DNA of 63,976 nt, counting the filler, from Raillietiella orientalis (Eukaryota), in NCBI GenBank assembly GCA_036172245.1. It is 17 parts of 17 records of this genome, joined end to end, with 100 filler letters (N's around TTAATTAATTAA, not from the genome) between each part and the next. Parts side by side here need not be neighbours in the genome. Positions count along the whole stretch, not along the records: positions 21,226 to 25,194 come from JAYWIR010000357.1; positions 25,295 to 29,229 come from JAYWIR010000358.1; positions 29,330 to 33,101 come from JAYWIR010000359.1; positions 33,202 to 36,920 come from JAYWIR010000360.1; 13 more parts are not named here. One strand, written 5' to 3'. Positions 24,501 through 37,020 of the stretch are shown here, piece after piece; the stretch's first letter is position 1; each line of letters starts with the position of its first letter. Position numbers and translations under genes: made by a program. The notes beneath the pieces were generated by a model. The model saw only the letters and a program-made list of their open reading frames with translations. It was not told where the DNA came from and ran no database searches.

Positions 24501-25194
24501 GTCGCAGAACTCCTAGAGCGACCGCTTGAAGCGGTCCCAATCCTGGAGTGTCCGCAGACTGAAGCTCCGTATGAACGTGCGGAGTTGTTCCGCCGCGTCC
24601 GGGAACTTTAGCCAGTCCCCTGGGAGACGCCACGCTGACGAGTGGGGGCCCCTTTCGCGCGAATGGATCTCGAGCACTAGCGGGCGATGGTCGGACAGCT
24701 CGCACGGTAACTTGCCGCGCCTGCTCACGCGAGGGCACAGGTTCTCGTGAAGAAACACGTGGTCAATGCTGTCTTCCATCCCCGGTGCACTGGCCAACAG
24801 ATTACAGGTGTGCACCTTCATGCACACCTCGTTGACCAGGTCACGCTCGGGATTCTGCTCATCTGGTTTCAGGCGAACGTTGAAATCGCCTGCAACCAGA
24901 TGGGCATTCCGCACGCCTGCTTCAATCAGCCAGTCTCGCCGGAGGGCAAGGAAAAACTCTTTCCTCGCCCTCTTGTTCATCAGTTCCTTGCCGCTCGGTG
25001 CGCACACGTTCGTGACGATCAGATCGATCGAGTCGGACCACCTGAGAGTCAGCTGGCCGACACGACCGTGATCGTCGAACCGCACGCCCCGAGCAGCGGC
25101 CTCGACGGTTGGCCGAAGCAGGTAGGCGACACCGCAACTTTTCGCTCTCCCACACCTGTACCATAGCCGCCCTCCGGAGATACGTTCGATCTCT
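21557..25194 (-). mobile_element. Family A element, decayed ORF2 (to stop at 21775) and 3' UTR
   Basis: Collinear with 4890-8527; several frameshifts and stops; KAYD variant at ~23650. Confidence 0.94.
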
Positions 25195-25294
25195 NNNNNN
25201 NNNNNNNNNNNNNNNNNNNNNNNNNNNNNNNNNNNNNNTTAATTAATTAANNNNNNNNNNNNNNNNNNNNNNNNNNNNNNNNNNNNNNNNNNNN

Positions 25295-28200
25295 TCGAAC
25301 GGATCTCCGGAGGGCGGCTATGATACAGGTGTGGGAGAGTAAAAAGTTGCGGTGTCGCCTACCTGCTTCGGCCAGCCGTCGAGGCCGCGGCTCGGGGCGT
25401 GCGGTTCGACGATCACGGTCGTGTCGGCCAGCTGACTCTCAGGTGGACCGACTCGATCGATCTGATCGTCACGAACGTGTACGCACCGAGCGGCAAGGAC
25501 CTGATGAACAGGAGGGCGAGGAAAGAGTTTTTCCTTGCCCTCCGGCGAGACTGGCTGACCGAAGCAGGCGTGCGGAATGCCCATCTGGTTGCAGGCGATT
25601 TCAACGTTCGCCTGAAACCAGATGAGCAGAATCCTTAGCGTGAACTGGTCAACGAGGTGTGCATGGCGGTGCACACCTGTAATCTGTTGGCCAGTGCACC
25701 GTGGATGGAAGACAGCATTGACCACGTGTTTCTGGACGAGTACCTGTGCCCTCGCGTGGGCAGGCGCGGCAAGTTACCGTAAGAGCTGTCCGACCATCGC
25801 CCGCTAGTCCGCGAGATCCATCCTCGCGACAGGGGCCCCCCCTCGTCAGCGTGACGCCTCCCAGGGGACTGGCTGAAGCTTCCGGACGCGGCGGAACATC
25901 TCCGCACGTTCATACTGAGCTCCAGGCTGCGGACACTCCAGGATTGGTCCAGGAGTTCTGCGACCAGTTCCCTCTGAACCGCCTACCTACGGGTTTTGGG
26001 ACCGGGGTCCGTAACGAACGAGCCTACCTGCAGGCCCGTCGTCACGCCAGGACGCCCGACATCCGCAGGCTGGCGGAATACAAAGCGGGAGCCGAGAGAC
26101 AAGCCTGGCAGTTCGGATCGGCCAGCTTACTGGACGATCAGGGCCAGGAGCACTCGGCACCTGCCCAAATCCGCGGCCTGCTGCGAAGATACTACTCCTC
26201 CCTGTATGCCAAGGCACCTCCGGAGAGGAACGTCTCACGACTCCTGCTTCCGGAAGGCGCTTCAGCGATCGGGGAGGAGCAGAGAAAGTCCCTCGACGAG
26301 CCTTTCACGATGGACAAGATCCTCTTGGCCATCGGAAAGCTCCAGAAACGCAAGGCTCCAGGGAAGGACGGCCTGCTTGCGAAGTTTTACCAAACTTTCG
26401 CGGCTCAGCTTACCTCCCTGGTACAGCAAATCACCTTGATGATACGCGAGACAGGTGACGTTTTCGCCTCGTTTCGTTCGTCAAAAGTGCGGCTTCTCCC
26501 TAAGGGAGGAGATCTGAGGAGCCTGAACAACTGGCGTCCCATCACAATAGTGAATGCGAACGCCAAGTTGGTGGCTAAGGTTTGGGCAGAGCGTCTGGGA
26601 CGGGTTGCCAACATCTTCATCAGCCCGGAACAGACATATGCTGTTCCCGGGCGAAGCATGGAGGCGAGCCTGTTCCTCGCTTCCACCAGGCTAGAGCTCC
26701 AACACGAAAGGGGCTTGATGCGCACCGGGAATTCCGGTGAGTCCGTCAGCCATGCGACGGATGGTCGGATAGGGGAGGGAGCACTTGCGGTCGGTGTCGA
26801 CTTGCGTAAAGCATTCGACAGCGTCGACCAGAATCTCCTGCTGGAGCATTTGGAACGCTTGGGCTTCCCGGCCTCATTATAGGCCTATCTGCGCTCTAGC
26901 TGGCGCGATTCGCAAATCAATGTTACTTTCAGCGGGCATACTGTTCACGGCGTGCCGGTGCGACGTGTGATCTGGCAGGGAGACAGCCTGAGCCCCTTGC
27001 TCTTCAGTACCTACTTTGAGTTGGTACTGAGAGCGTACAGGGGAACTCTGGCGCACCTGCCGCACGACTGTGCCGGTACGCCGGCCGTTTGAGCATACGC
27101 GGACGACCTTCTGCTGCTGCTCCCTATGTCCACCCCGGCTACGGCGGTCGAGGAGTTCTTCGACCTGCTGCATCGGGGAACCGGACTTATGGTGAACAGG
27201 GCGAAGTCGTTCGTAATGCCAGGCGGAGCGGCGTGGGCAGGGCAGCAGGACTGGGTCCGTTTGGGGATCACCACGGTGAGGTACTTCAACTACCTTGGTG
27301 TGCCGTTGGGAGACTACTCCCCTGCGAAAGCGTGGTGCGGCTGCCTTCAGAAGGCTCAGGCGGCGATCGGCCCGTTCCAGGACGGCAGGTTCTACCTGCA
27401 GGAACGGGCCGCGGCGTGGAACACGTTTGCGTCACCCCTCGTTCGCTTCTTGCTTTTTGTTTGCCCCCCCTCAGCAGAGTCTGGGAAAAGGACGAAAGAC
27501 CTACTGAGGATAGCCCTTTGGGGCAGAGGGAGGCCCCGAATCCGTCTCGCGGACTTGTGCGCTCCGCGTCGGGACGGCGGTCTTGGCCTCCTGACGCTGG
27601 AGAGGCTGGAGCTTCAGCTCCAGTTCCGGAGTGTTGCCTTTATGGCAAAAAATTGGTGCACCGCCAGGTACCTCCCTGCACGTCTCTGTGTCGAGCGGGC
27701 CACCGGCAATGCGGGACTCTCGTCCTACTTTGCACTCCGAAGCGCCATCTGCCACTGCGGATTTCAGCTTCCTAGGGCGGCCAAGCTGGTAAAGACCAAC
27801 TCGGAGCGGATCCTCGTACGCCCCGCGAACGGTCCTGCCTGGTTGCAGGAAACCGTCCGCACGTGGGCGATGACTCAGGAGCAGAGCCCGTAACATGAGC
27901 GAATAGCTCTGTTCGGGCCTCACGCCCATCGCACGCTCCGAGAAATCCTCGAGGATACCCGAAGGAGAGCGTGGGCTCAAAGAACCTCCCTTGCTGCGGT
28001 ACTGCCTACCCTACGGGAGCATCTGGGCAGCGACGTCGCGGCACAATGGGAGGTTACTGTCAAGATCGCCAGCAGGGCAAAGAAGATCGGGGATTGAAGA
28101 ACGGGTCAGCTCACCAACGCTGCGACCCCGAGGACCACCCCACACGGACTCTTGCGCTGGGGCGAGCTACTGGATGTTCCGAAGGAACATCTGGAGTGGC

Positions 28201-28904
28201 CCACGGTGCTCATGAACTCGCGCACCCTCCATATGAAGTGGCAACAGTCGGCACTCCAGGTGTTGCATTGGGGCCTCTTCTGCAATGCCCGCCGACACCA
28301 CTGGACGCGGGGGGTGTCAACCCCAATTGTGTAAGTGCGGGGAGAGGGAATACCTCCCCCACCTGCTAGTGGGATGTGTTGCCCTCCGTCCCTTGTGGGA
28401 ACGCTTTGCCGCAGCCCTGGAGATCCTCGGAGGCAACCCCAGAGACGCTTTACGCCCCCTCTTGGTCCGTGATGCTCTGCCCCCGGCGGCCTCGCTTGCA
28501 GCCCTATGCTGCCTACGCGGGATCGTCGTGGCCTGGAACAAAGCGACGGGAGGGTCCAGCGACAGCGACGCCACCGTGTACGCCGCTCGTTTCCTGAGGA
28601 TGGCGACGCGATGGCTTCATCTGGAACCCACCATTCAGCGACAGCTTGCCGGCATCCTCCAGAGGATGACGGACCCTCCCAGCAGACAGTGATCTCTTCC
28701 CGCTCCCTCCCCGGTTGTGTTTATTTCTTTGTTTCCTTTTTCTTTGATTCCCCCTCCCCTCTGCTGCCGAGGTCGACCGCGCCGGTCTGTGCACCGCTAG
28801 CCCGGCAGGCTGAATGTTTCCAGGGCGTGGCTGGACTACTGGTCCAGTCACAGTTTGTATGAGTTTATTTGAAATAATAAACGTCCCGGCGTACCGGGTT
28901 TAAA
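25295..28904 (+). mobile_element. Family F element (A-like EN/RT, distinct C-terminal region and 3' UTR), decayed ORF2 ending 28692
   Basis: EN/RT are near-collinear with family A up to ~27340, then diverge; AATAAA 28876, hairpin, TTTAAA end. Confidence 0.9.
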
Positions 28905-29229
28905 GAGAGATTCTGGAGCGTGACGCCTCTTAGGAATTCGCGAAGGTGTTCCTTCGCACCTGAGAGTCGCGTCCAATACCCCGGCAGACGCCAATCCCTG
29001 GATGGCGGTCCCTTGTCGCGAGGACGCATCTCGAAAATTAACCGGGAATGGTCCGACAACGTCGACGCAACCCTCCCCCGTTAGCCGACCCGTGAACACA
29101 AGTCAGCGTCGAGGAAGACGTGGTCGATGCTGCAGACCATTCCCCTCTCACCCGCGAACAAGTTGCGCGCAAGCAAGGCAGCGCACAACTCGTTCATCGC
29201 GTTCTCTTGTGTTTCTGGCTCACCTGTTA
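28905..29229 (-). mobile_element. Family B endonuclease fragment, host of the family F insertion
   Basis: SDHSRLIFEMRPRDKGPPSRDWRLPG...LRGVTLQNL matches 55740-56060. Confidence 0.9.
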
Positions 29230-29329
29230 NNNNNNNNNNNNNNNNNNNNNNNNNNNNNNNNNNNNNNNNNNNNTTAATTAATTAANNNNNNNNNNNNNNN
29301 NNNNNNNNNNNNNNNNNNNNNNNNNNNNN

Positions 29330-29600
29330 CAGAGCTGCAAAAAGTCAGATGCGTCTCTCTTGTACAACGGCGAACCTATCGTCTTCGTCGACTTCACCAG
29401 GGTCGCTTAAGAACTCGTTCAGTACGGGTTCATCGAGTCCCGCAAAAACGGAATACTCTTGACCCAGAATACGGACCGAAAACACGAAGGTTTCAGTAGG
29501 TACTACGTCACTCCCCACGTCATCGTACTCGCAAACTGGGTGCCTCATTTCTCCCAACTCAGCTATGACCGACGGGTCATCGTCGACCTCGACACTGATT
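29330..29600 (+). pseudogene. rep: Endogenous CRESS-DNA virus Rep, C-terminal SF3 helicase part (nanovirus/alphasatellite-like signature)
   Basis: KKSDASLLYNGEPIVFVDFTR (Walker B), YGFIESRKNG, PHVIVLANWVPHFSQLSYDR (motif C and Arg finger); contains a stop and a frameshift. Confidence 0.8.
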
Positions 29601-29799
29601 CCAATACGCTTACACAACTCCCAAGACCGTCATTCAGAAGAGCTGACCTCGAACATGCAGAAGGATCTCCCCAATCAATCCTCGACTACTGTGCAGAGAA
29701 TACCAAACAAACACGTGAACACTACTATGCCTTTGACCTTCACTAATACATACATATATATGTATATATATACAAACAAACGTCATCAAATCACTCGAC

Positions 29800-30560
29800 A
29801 TGCCTTTCGCAAACAGTAACAACTGCTGCTTCACAGTAAACAACTACAACGAAGAGGAAATCGTAAATATCAAAACATGGTGTCAAGAAAATATAATAAA
29901 TACGCCATCATCGTCAAAGAAAAAGGACGAAATCGAGCAGCTCATCTTCGAGGATTTGCGCCAGCGAAATCGGAAACCATTCCACCCATGCTAAAGAATA
30001 TATTTGGCTTTCTAAGAGCACATCTTGAAGCATCCAAAGGTACTCCGATGTACTGTGAAGCTTGCAAATACTGTGAAGAAGAAGACACGCAACCATGGAT
30101 ACGCGGCAAAAGAACCCATCGAGATAAATCATCGATACAACAACAGGTAATCAATATCCTTCAATCCATGAACATTTATTGCATCTTAGATGCAACAGTT
30201 AATGCTCCATGGCAAAGCTGAAAATTGGATATGGCAACATAGACCAGAAATATAGGACCTCCATGAAGCATTTCTAATTGACAGCATCCGACTATTCCAA
30301 TCTGCAGCAACAGAAGATGCAATGATCAACGAAACCCTATGGATTCGGCAAGCAAACCTTCTACATCTACTTCCGCAATTAGCAAACCTCCGACACACCC
30401 ACCGGTACTAGGACAGCCAGGGAAAGTCGGGAGGAAGCACCATAGCCAACCACCCACTCATCAGTTATGAGGCACAGAACATCGCAACAACTGCAGAAAA
30501 AAAGACGCAGCCCACGTGTACAATGGCGAGAGGGTCGCCATCATAGACCTCACCGAGGAC
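29800..30560 (+). pseudogene. rep: Second endogenous CRESS Rep (HUH endonuclease + start of SF3 helicase), frameshifted and truncated
   Basis: Motif I CCFTVNNY, motif II HLRGF, RAHLEASKGT, motif III YC, degenerate Walker A DSQGKSGGST, then KKDAAHVYNGERVAIID. Confidence 0.82.
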
Positions 30561-30674
30561 GTCCAAGAAATCGCGAGTGATGAAGGAATGATGAGAGCGT
30601 TTTCGGCTCGGCCTTCGACGGACCCGAGCAATCCTGAATTTTCGGATTACACGCTCGCAAGGATCGGCGTCTCG

Positions 30675-30898
30675 TGGGTGCGGGATGTTGGGGGATGCCA
30701 AGGCGCACCTAGAAGAGCTAAGGTGCGCGCGTTCCCTGCGTAGCTTTGACGGGGCCGCGCGTCAGGTCAGAGGTTCGATTCGAAATGACCACGGTGGGCA
30801 ACTGCGCTGCTCCCGAGTCCTACGTGCTGTTCTGAGGCGCGTGAGGGGCGCGTTAGAGACGATTAAGACTGAACCGGTAGTCGCAGATAAAGGTAGAT
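30675..30898 (+). repeat. Left arm of a ~220 bp inverted repeat
   Basis: Near-identical to the reverse complement of 32885-33101. Confidence 0.9.
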
Positions 30899-32884
30899 CT
30901 CTTCTCATATCCGTGGAACGGCTGCTCCGCGTTATCTCTTTGAATTTTCGAGTCGGAGGCATCGAGAAACTGTGCTGAAATTCCAAACCAAAGATGAATG
31001 ATGCAGAGGAAACTGCACTTCTGCACGCCTGGCGTTCAGCTTAACCATTTGAATGCTATTTTGGCAGAATGCTTTTCTCCGACGCCAACCCACTTGCCTT
31101 TTGCTTTTCGAATGCACTGAGGATTAGCACGTCTTTGCTGTCCTGAGTATGTTGATGACCTGTCCTAAATGAAACAGTTCCATTTACTGTTCACTTTTCC
31201 AAATTCCAGGCAGCTGCAACGTTTGCAATGGGGAAGTGCTCTTATGTCCACTCGGTTGATTGCTCGCCCAGTGTGCTGCCAGATTATGATGTTTCCCACT
31301 TCCAGGAATTGGAAAATGGGGATTGTATGCAATTTTCAGCTGCATAGGAGGAATCCAGTGGCAGCGATCCAGCAATGTTTGGTGTTTGAAAGCAGGAGTT
31401 GACGGTTTAGAGATGTTGGAGGGGAGCATAACATGGAAAGGAAAGACCCCTGCTACCCTAAAGGACCCCTGCTGAAGCGGAACGATTCCAGCAAAGACCT
31501 TCAATCCTGCAATCGGTTTCGGCGGAATCCGATGAGCTGCAGGCGGCATCTTCACTCAAGCTGACTCCTTGCACTGAGCATCATGCAATTCGAGAGTTGA
31601 ATGCAAAACGAGAAAGGGTTTTTTCTGGCTGCGTGTTATCCCTAAGCACGTGCAGCGTTCGAATACGGAATGGAAGTTTCAATTCGGATATTTTTCCTTA
31701 CTTCGGTTGGGTGAGTACTGAGCAGACTGCTGGAATGAATATGTTCTGCCTGACCGGGCAACTCTTGTTGGTTTTTCAGCCTTTCTTTGATAGTTTTCCA
31801 TCACACGACACTTTGGACAGGGAGGAATGCGAGCCAAAGTCAGAAATGTTAAAATGCTAACTTATTTCGAAGTGCTGAGGCAGCCTTCTTGGCATCTGAT
31901 GGAAGAGTCCAATTTTCATCAAATAACCCTCATTTCATCATGCCACTTATTCGATCAGAGTGGGGTATATAATGATTAGCTTGGCCAGCATCCGAATGGA
32001 CGTGGATCTTTGGAACAAATTCTGTATTAGTCATATTGAAAGCAATTTCGGCCACGGTTTTGGTGAAGTCGAACCGGTGAAGTCAGTAAGCAGATCTTAT
32101 TTTGTACATAACTACCCCTTCACTCTCAACATTATCTATCTCAATTGGTGTCATGTTGGCAAATGCACTTGTCATCATTTGCCTGGGATATATGCCAGAA
32201 ATCAAGTAATCTAATAGATGATGAGACAGTGTGTGACACAATATGAGGACACATCTCCCATGTAAGGCAAGGGTAAGATAGAGAAACCCTTGACAACGTT
32301 ATGGCATCTTTACTTTTTCCAGGTTCGATACTAGTTTGTTGGTTTTTATTATGGCTTCCAATTTATTCAAACCAGTCTTACTTATCTTCTCCCTCATGCT
32401 AGTAAGGTCTCTCCAATGCTAACATGATCATCGTTAGCACATCCTCTTTTAGATCTTGAAGCTATCCCAGGAATTAAATGGCATGTCTTCACAGCCATTC
32501 TCTTAGGCTCAAATGCTTCACAGACCAAATCGTTGAAATTTTGTTTTATTAAGGAGACAACATTATCCGGACCGATCTTCCAGTGACCCGGAGCTTGCCA
32601 CATCACAACAACTCAAACCTGCTAACAGCTAGGTCGTGTGGGGAAATGCCGTCCACAGGATCCGTTCCAAGACGCCGACTCTGAGAGTCATATGCGGTGT
32701 CCATCAGACGTCACAATGTCTCCATCTAAACGCTGTTCCATGTCGTCCACAAAACGAATTCTCCTCCCCCCCTGTGGGTCGAGGGGGGAGGGGAGAGGTA
32801 CAATTTTCTTCGATACTGCTTCAATCTCCTTTGTTATATGAAGTCCCTCGGCTGGCACAGTAGTCGCTGTGTGGCCTTCAACGC

Positions 32885-33101
32885 ATCTACCTTCATCTGC
32901 GACTACCGGTTCGGTGTTCCAACGCGCCCCTCACGCGCCTCAGAACAGCACGTAGGACTCGGGAGCAGCGCAGTTGCCCACCGCGGTCATTTCGAATCAA
33001 ACCTCTGACCTGACGCGCGGCCCCGTCAAAGCTACGCAGGGAACGCGCGCACCTTAGCTCTTCTAGGTGCGCCTTGGCATCCCCCAATATCCATCACCCA
33101 T
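32885..33101 (-). repeat. Right arm of the ~220 bp inverted repeat (runs to contig end)
   Basis: Reverse complement of 30675-30898 with a few substitutions and one small indel. Confidence 0.9.
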
Positions 33102-33201
33102 NNNNNNNNNNNNNNNNNNNNNNNNNNNNNNNNNNNNNNNNNNNNTTAATTAATTAANNNNNNNNNNNNNNNNNNNNNNNNNNNNNNNNNNNNNNNNNNN
33201 N

Positions 33202-33794
33202 CGTCGTTTCCGTTCCTCGCACCCGCGTCCAGCGGCTGCGGGCGCCTTCGCCGTTTCGGCGGCGCGTTCGCAGCCCGGGCGCGGGCATGCCGGGGTTCGG
33301 GCGGCGGCGACGCTTCTGGCGCCGCCCCTGTGCCGCGCGCTGGCGCGAGCCGGGCCGCAGCGTCCCGACGAGCGACCGGGTCTTCCCGCATTCCGCGTCG
33401 GGGTCGGTGCTTTCCCGATTGCACGAAACGTTCGCTCTCGAACCCACCGTCCACGACGGCGCGGGCACGGGCGGGTCGCTCGAGGAGCCCCGCTTCGCCC
33501 GCCGCGTCGCTCGGCGGAGGAGGTTCTTCGTGAGCTGCCGTCTCGCGGGGACGAGGCGAGAGAAACGGAGAAAGAGTGATCGGTCGCAGAGGCGTCGATC
33601 GACGACCGCGACGACTGGCTTGTCGTTGGCGGCGAGCGAGGATTCGAGGCTGGCCGTCGGCCCTGGCGCCGCGGCCCCCGGATGGCCATCGCTGGAGCGC
33701 GTCGCCGCGCGGCGGCGACGCGCTCGGCTCTCGGTCCCCCCTCGGCTTCGCCCCCGCGCCGCTGGGACGGCGCGGAGGTGCGCAGCAGCAGATC
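33202..33794 (+). other. rDNA 5' external transcribed spacer (partial)
   Basis: Very GC-rich sequence directly upstream of the 18S 5' end. Confidence 0.85.
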
Positions 33795-34945
33795 TACCTG
33801 GTTGATCCTGCCAGTAGACGTATGCTTGTCTCAAAGATTAAGCCATGCATGTCTAAGTCCATGCCGAAACAAGGCTAAACCGCGAATGGCTCATTAAATC
33901 AGTTGTGGTTCCTTAGATCGTACAATCCTACTTGGATAACTGTGGCAATTCTAGAGCTAATACATGCTTCCAACACTTCGTCCTTGCGGATGGAGGGCTT
34001 TTATTAGAACAGGACCAACGGGTTCCCTTCGTGGACCCAGAAACTCTTGGTGACTCTGAATAACTTTGGGCTGATCGCAACGGTCTCGTACCGGCGACTT
34101 ATCTTTCAAGTGTCTGCCTTATCAACTGTCGATGGTAGGTTATGCGCCTACCATGGTTGTAACGGGTAACGGGGAATCAGGGTTCGATTCCGGAGAGGGA
34201 GCCTGAGAAACGGCTACCACATCCAAGGAAGGCAGCAGGCGCGCAAATTACCCACTCCCGGCACGGGGAGGTAGTGACGAAAAATAACGATACGGGACTC
34301 ATATGAGGCCCCGTAATCGGAATGAGTACACTTTAAATCCTTTAACGAGGATCTAATGGAGGGCAAGTCAGGTGCCAGCAGCCGCGGTAATTCCTGCTCC
34401 ATAAGTATACTCCAAATTTGTTGCGGTTAAAAAGCTCGTAGTTGGATCTTGGCTCGCGACGGTCGGATCGTCATCCTGGCGAATCCCAGACCGATCCGAG
34501 CAGAAATCGCTGGTACGTCCGTCGGTGCTCTTCATCGAGTGTCGGCGGATGGCCGGTACGTTTACTTTGAAAAAATTAGAGTGCTCAAAGCAGGCGATGG
34601 TGCCGGAATAATAGTGCATGGAATAATGGAATAGGATCTCGGTTCTATTTTGTTGGTTCTCGGAACTCGAGATAATGATTAATAGGAACAGACGGGGGCA
34701 TTCGTATTGCGACGTTAGAGGTGAAATTCTTGGATCGTCGCAAGACGGACTACTGCGAAAGCATTTGCCAAGAATGTTTTCATTAATCAAGAACGAAAGT
34801 TAGAGGTTCGAAGGCGATCAGATACCGCCCTAGTTCTAACCATAAACGATGCCAACCAGCAATCCGCCGGCGTTAAAACCGTGACCCGGTGGGCAGCTTC
34901 CGGGAAACCAAAGTGTTTGGGTTCCGGGGGAAGTATGGTTGCAAA

Positions 34946-34994
<49 letters not shown>

Positions 34995-35433
34995 GCGGCT
35001 TAATTTGACTCAACACGGGAAACCTCACCAGGCCCGGACACCGGGAGGATTGACAGATTGATAGCTCTTTCTTGATTCGGTGGGTGGTGGTGCATGGCCG
35101 TTCTTAGTTGGTGGAGCGATTTGTCTGGTTAATTCCGATAACGAACGAGACCCTAACCTGCTAACTAGGCGGCGGATCTCGATGATACCGTCCGCCGCTC
35201 TTCTTAGAGGGACAGGCGGACTTCAACCGCACGAAACTGGGCAATAACAGGTCTGTGATGCCCTTAGATGTTCTGGGCGGCACGCGCGCTACAATGAAGG
35301 AATCAACGTGTGATCCTTGTCCGAAAGGACCGGGTAACCCGCTGAACCTCCTTCGTGCTAGGGATTGGGGCTTGCAATTGTTCCCCATGAACGAGGAATT
35401 CCCAGTAAGCGCGAGTCATAAGCTCGCGTTGAT

Positions 35434-35479
<46 letters not shown>

Positions 35480-35569
35480 AATGATTTAGTGAGGCCTTCG
35501 GACCGGTGCCTGCGCCGGCCCTCGCGGCTTCGCGCGGCGCTGCCGGAAAGATGTCCGAACTTGATCATT

Positions 35570-35627
<58 letters not shown>
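33795..35627 (+). rRNA. 18S rRNA gene (animal, arthropod-like)
   Basis: Starts TACCTGGTTGATCCTGCCAG, ends GAACCTGCGGAAGGATCATTA, and contains GTGCCAGCAGCCGCGGTAA and TTGTACACACCGCCC; 1833 nt. Confidence 0.99.
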
Positions 35628-35631
<4 letters not shown>

Positions 35632-36920
35632 AGTCGCGGTCCTCCGCCTCGCGGGAGCGGGGCAGGAGACGACGCGCAAACCCGAAAGATGACCGGGAAC
35701 CGGGGAAAGAAACGGTCCCGAAAGGCAAGGCCGGAAAGCGGCCAGGGGAAATTCCCCGGAAAGGAAGGCGCGGGAGTACCGGGGGAAATCTCCCGGACGG
35801 CGTTCCCGGGTGTGCGCCGATCGACGGCGGCTCGAGCGGCCGAGCGAGCGATCCTCGCCGGCGTCTCGCCGTCCGTCCGTCTCTCGGCAGGTGGGATCGC
35901 GCCACCCGCGCGGCTGCTCCCCGGCGGCCGCCACGCTCGGACGCGCGTTCGGAAAGGAGCGCGGCGCCCGCGGTTTCGCATCGGACGGGAGGGAGGACTT
36001 CTTCCTCCGCCCGCCGAACCGCGACCGCGGCGCCGCGCTGGGCGCGCGTTCGGAGCGGGCGTCCCGGGCCGACGGCCGGCGGGAGTGCGCTCCCGCCTCC
36101 GCAAAGGAGACGGCGGCGGCGGCGGCGGCGGCGGACGGATCGCCGCCGGCACGAAAGCTCGCCGAAGAAAAGCCGACCGAGGCCGGATCGGCGCATCGTG
36201 GTTCCACGGTGAGGCAGGCGCGGCGGGCGTAACGCGGCGCCGGCGCGTTACCGATCGCGCCCGGCGGACGGGACTTCGCAGCCCGGTCAACCGGCCCTCT
36301 CCTCTGCGTCCCTGGCACGGGCGCAAGGAGCGAGGTGCACGGCGTGCCGGCTGCAGGACCGCTTCCGACCGGGCAAGACGGCGCGCGGCGTCGCGGGACC
36401 GCCCGCCCGCAGACGCGGCCCACCCGTTCGGTGGCGGCGTTCGGCGGACCGACCGACTCGCCTGCCGCGGTTCCGGCGGAGGACGCCGACGACCGCGACG
36501 GAGCACGGGACGAAGGGAGGGAGAGCTGGCTCGCGCGGAGCGACCACCTTCCTCCCGACGCCCGCGTCTCCGCTCGCGCCTCGATCGAGCGCTTCCTTGC
36601 CGCGCCGGCCGCGTCGGGAGAGCGCGGACGCTGGTCGTGGCCCCCCGGAACGGGCGCCGCGGGATCCGCGGGACGCGGTCTCCGTCGTTCCCTTGTCAGC
36701 GCAGATTTCGGCGCAGGCGCGCCCGCGCGGTGCGCGGAGGTTGGCGCGCCACCGAGGCGCGTTCGCCGTCCGAGGAGGAAAGCGATCCCGGGGAGAGTCG
36801 GGAGCGTGGCGTGCGAGCGGGAGGGCCGCCGGACCGTGCGTTCGGCGGACCCGTCTTCGCTCCGTTCCCGCGCTCCCTTCGTTTCGCCCGCGGCTTCTCG
36901 GCCTGCTCCGCCCTCAGGGC
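35628..36920 (+). other. ITS1 (partial, >1.29 kb, very GC-rich, GGC run ~36110-36134)
   Basis: Follows 18S; no 5.8S signature before the contig end. Confidence 0.85.
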
Positions 36921-37020
36921 NNNNNNNNNNNNNNNNNNNNNNNNNNNNNNNNNNNNNNNNNNNNTTAATTAATTAANNNNNNNNNNNNNNNNNNNNNNNN
37001 NNNNNNNNNNNNNNNNNNNN

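Noticed and set aside
29720..29790. CRESS origin stem-loop between the Rep genes
   Set aside because: No NANTATTAC nonanucleotide; the palindromy comes from the (TA)n tract.
33146..36976. Long Arg/Ala/Pro-rich ORFs in ETS/ITS1
   Set aside because: Stop-codon scarcity in very GC-rich rDNA spacers; no domain motifs.
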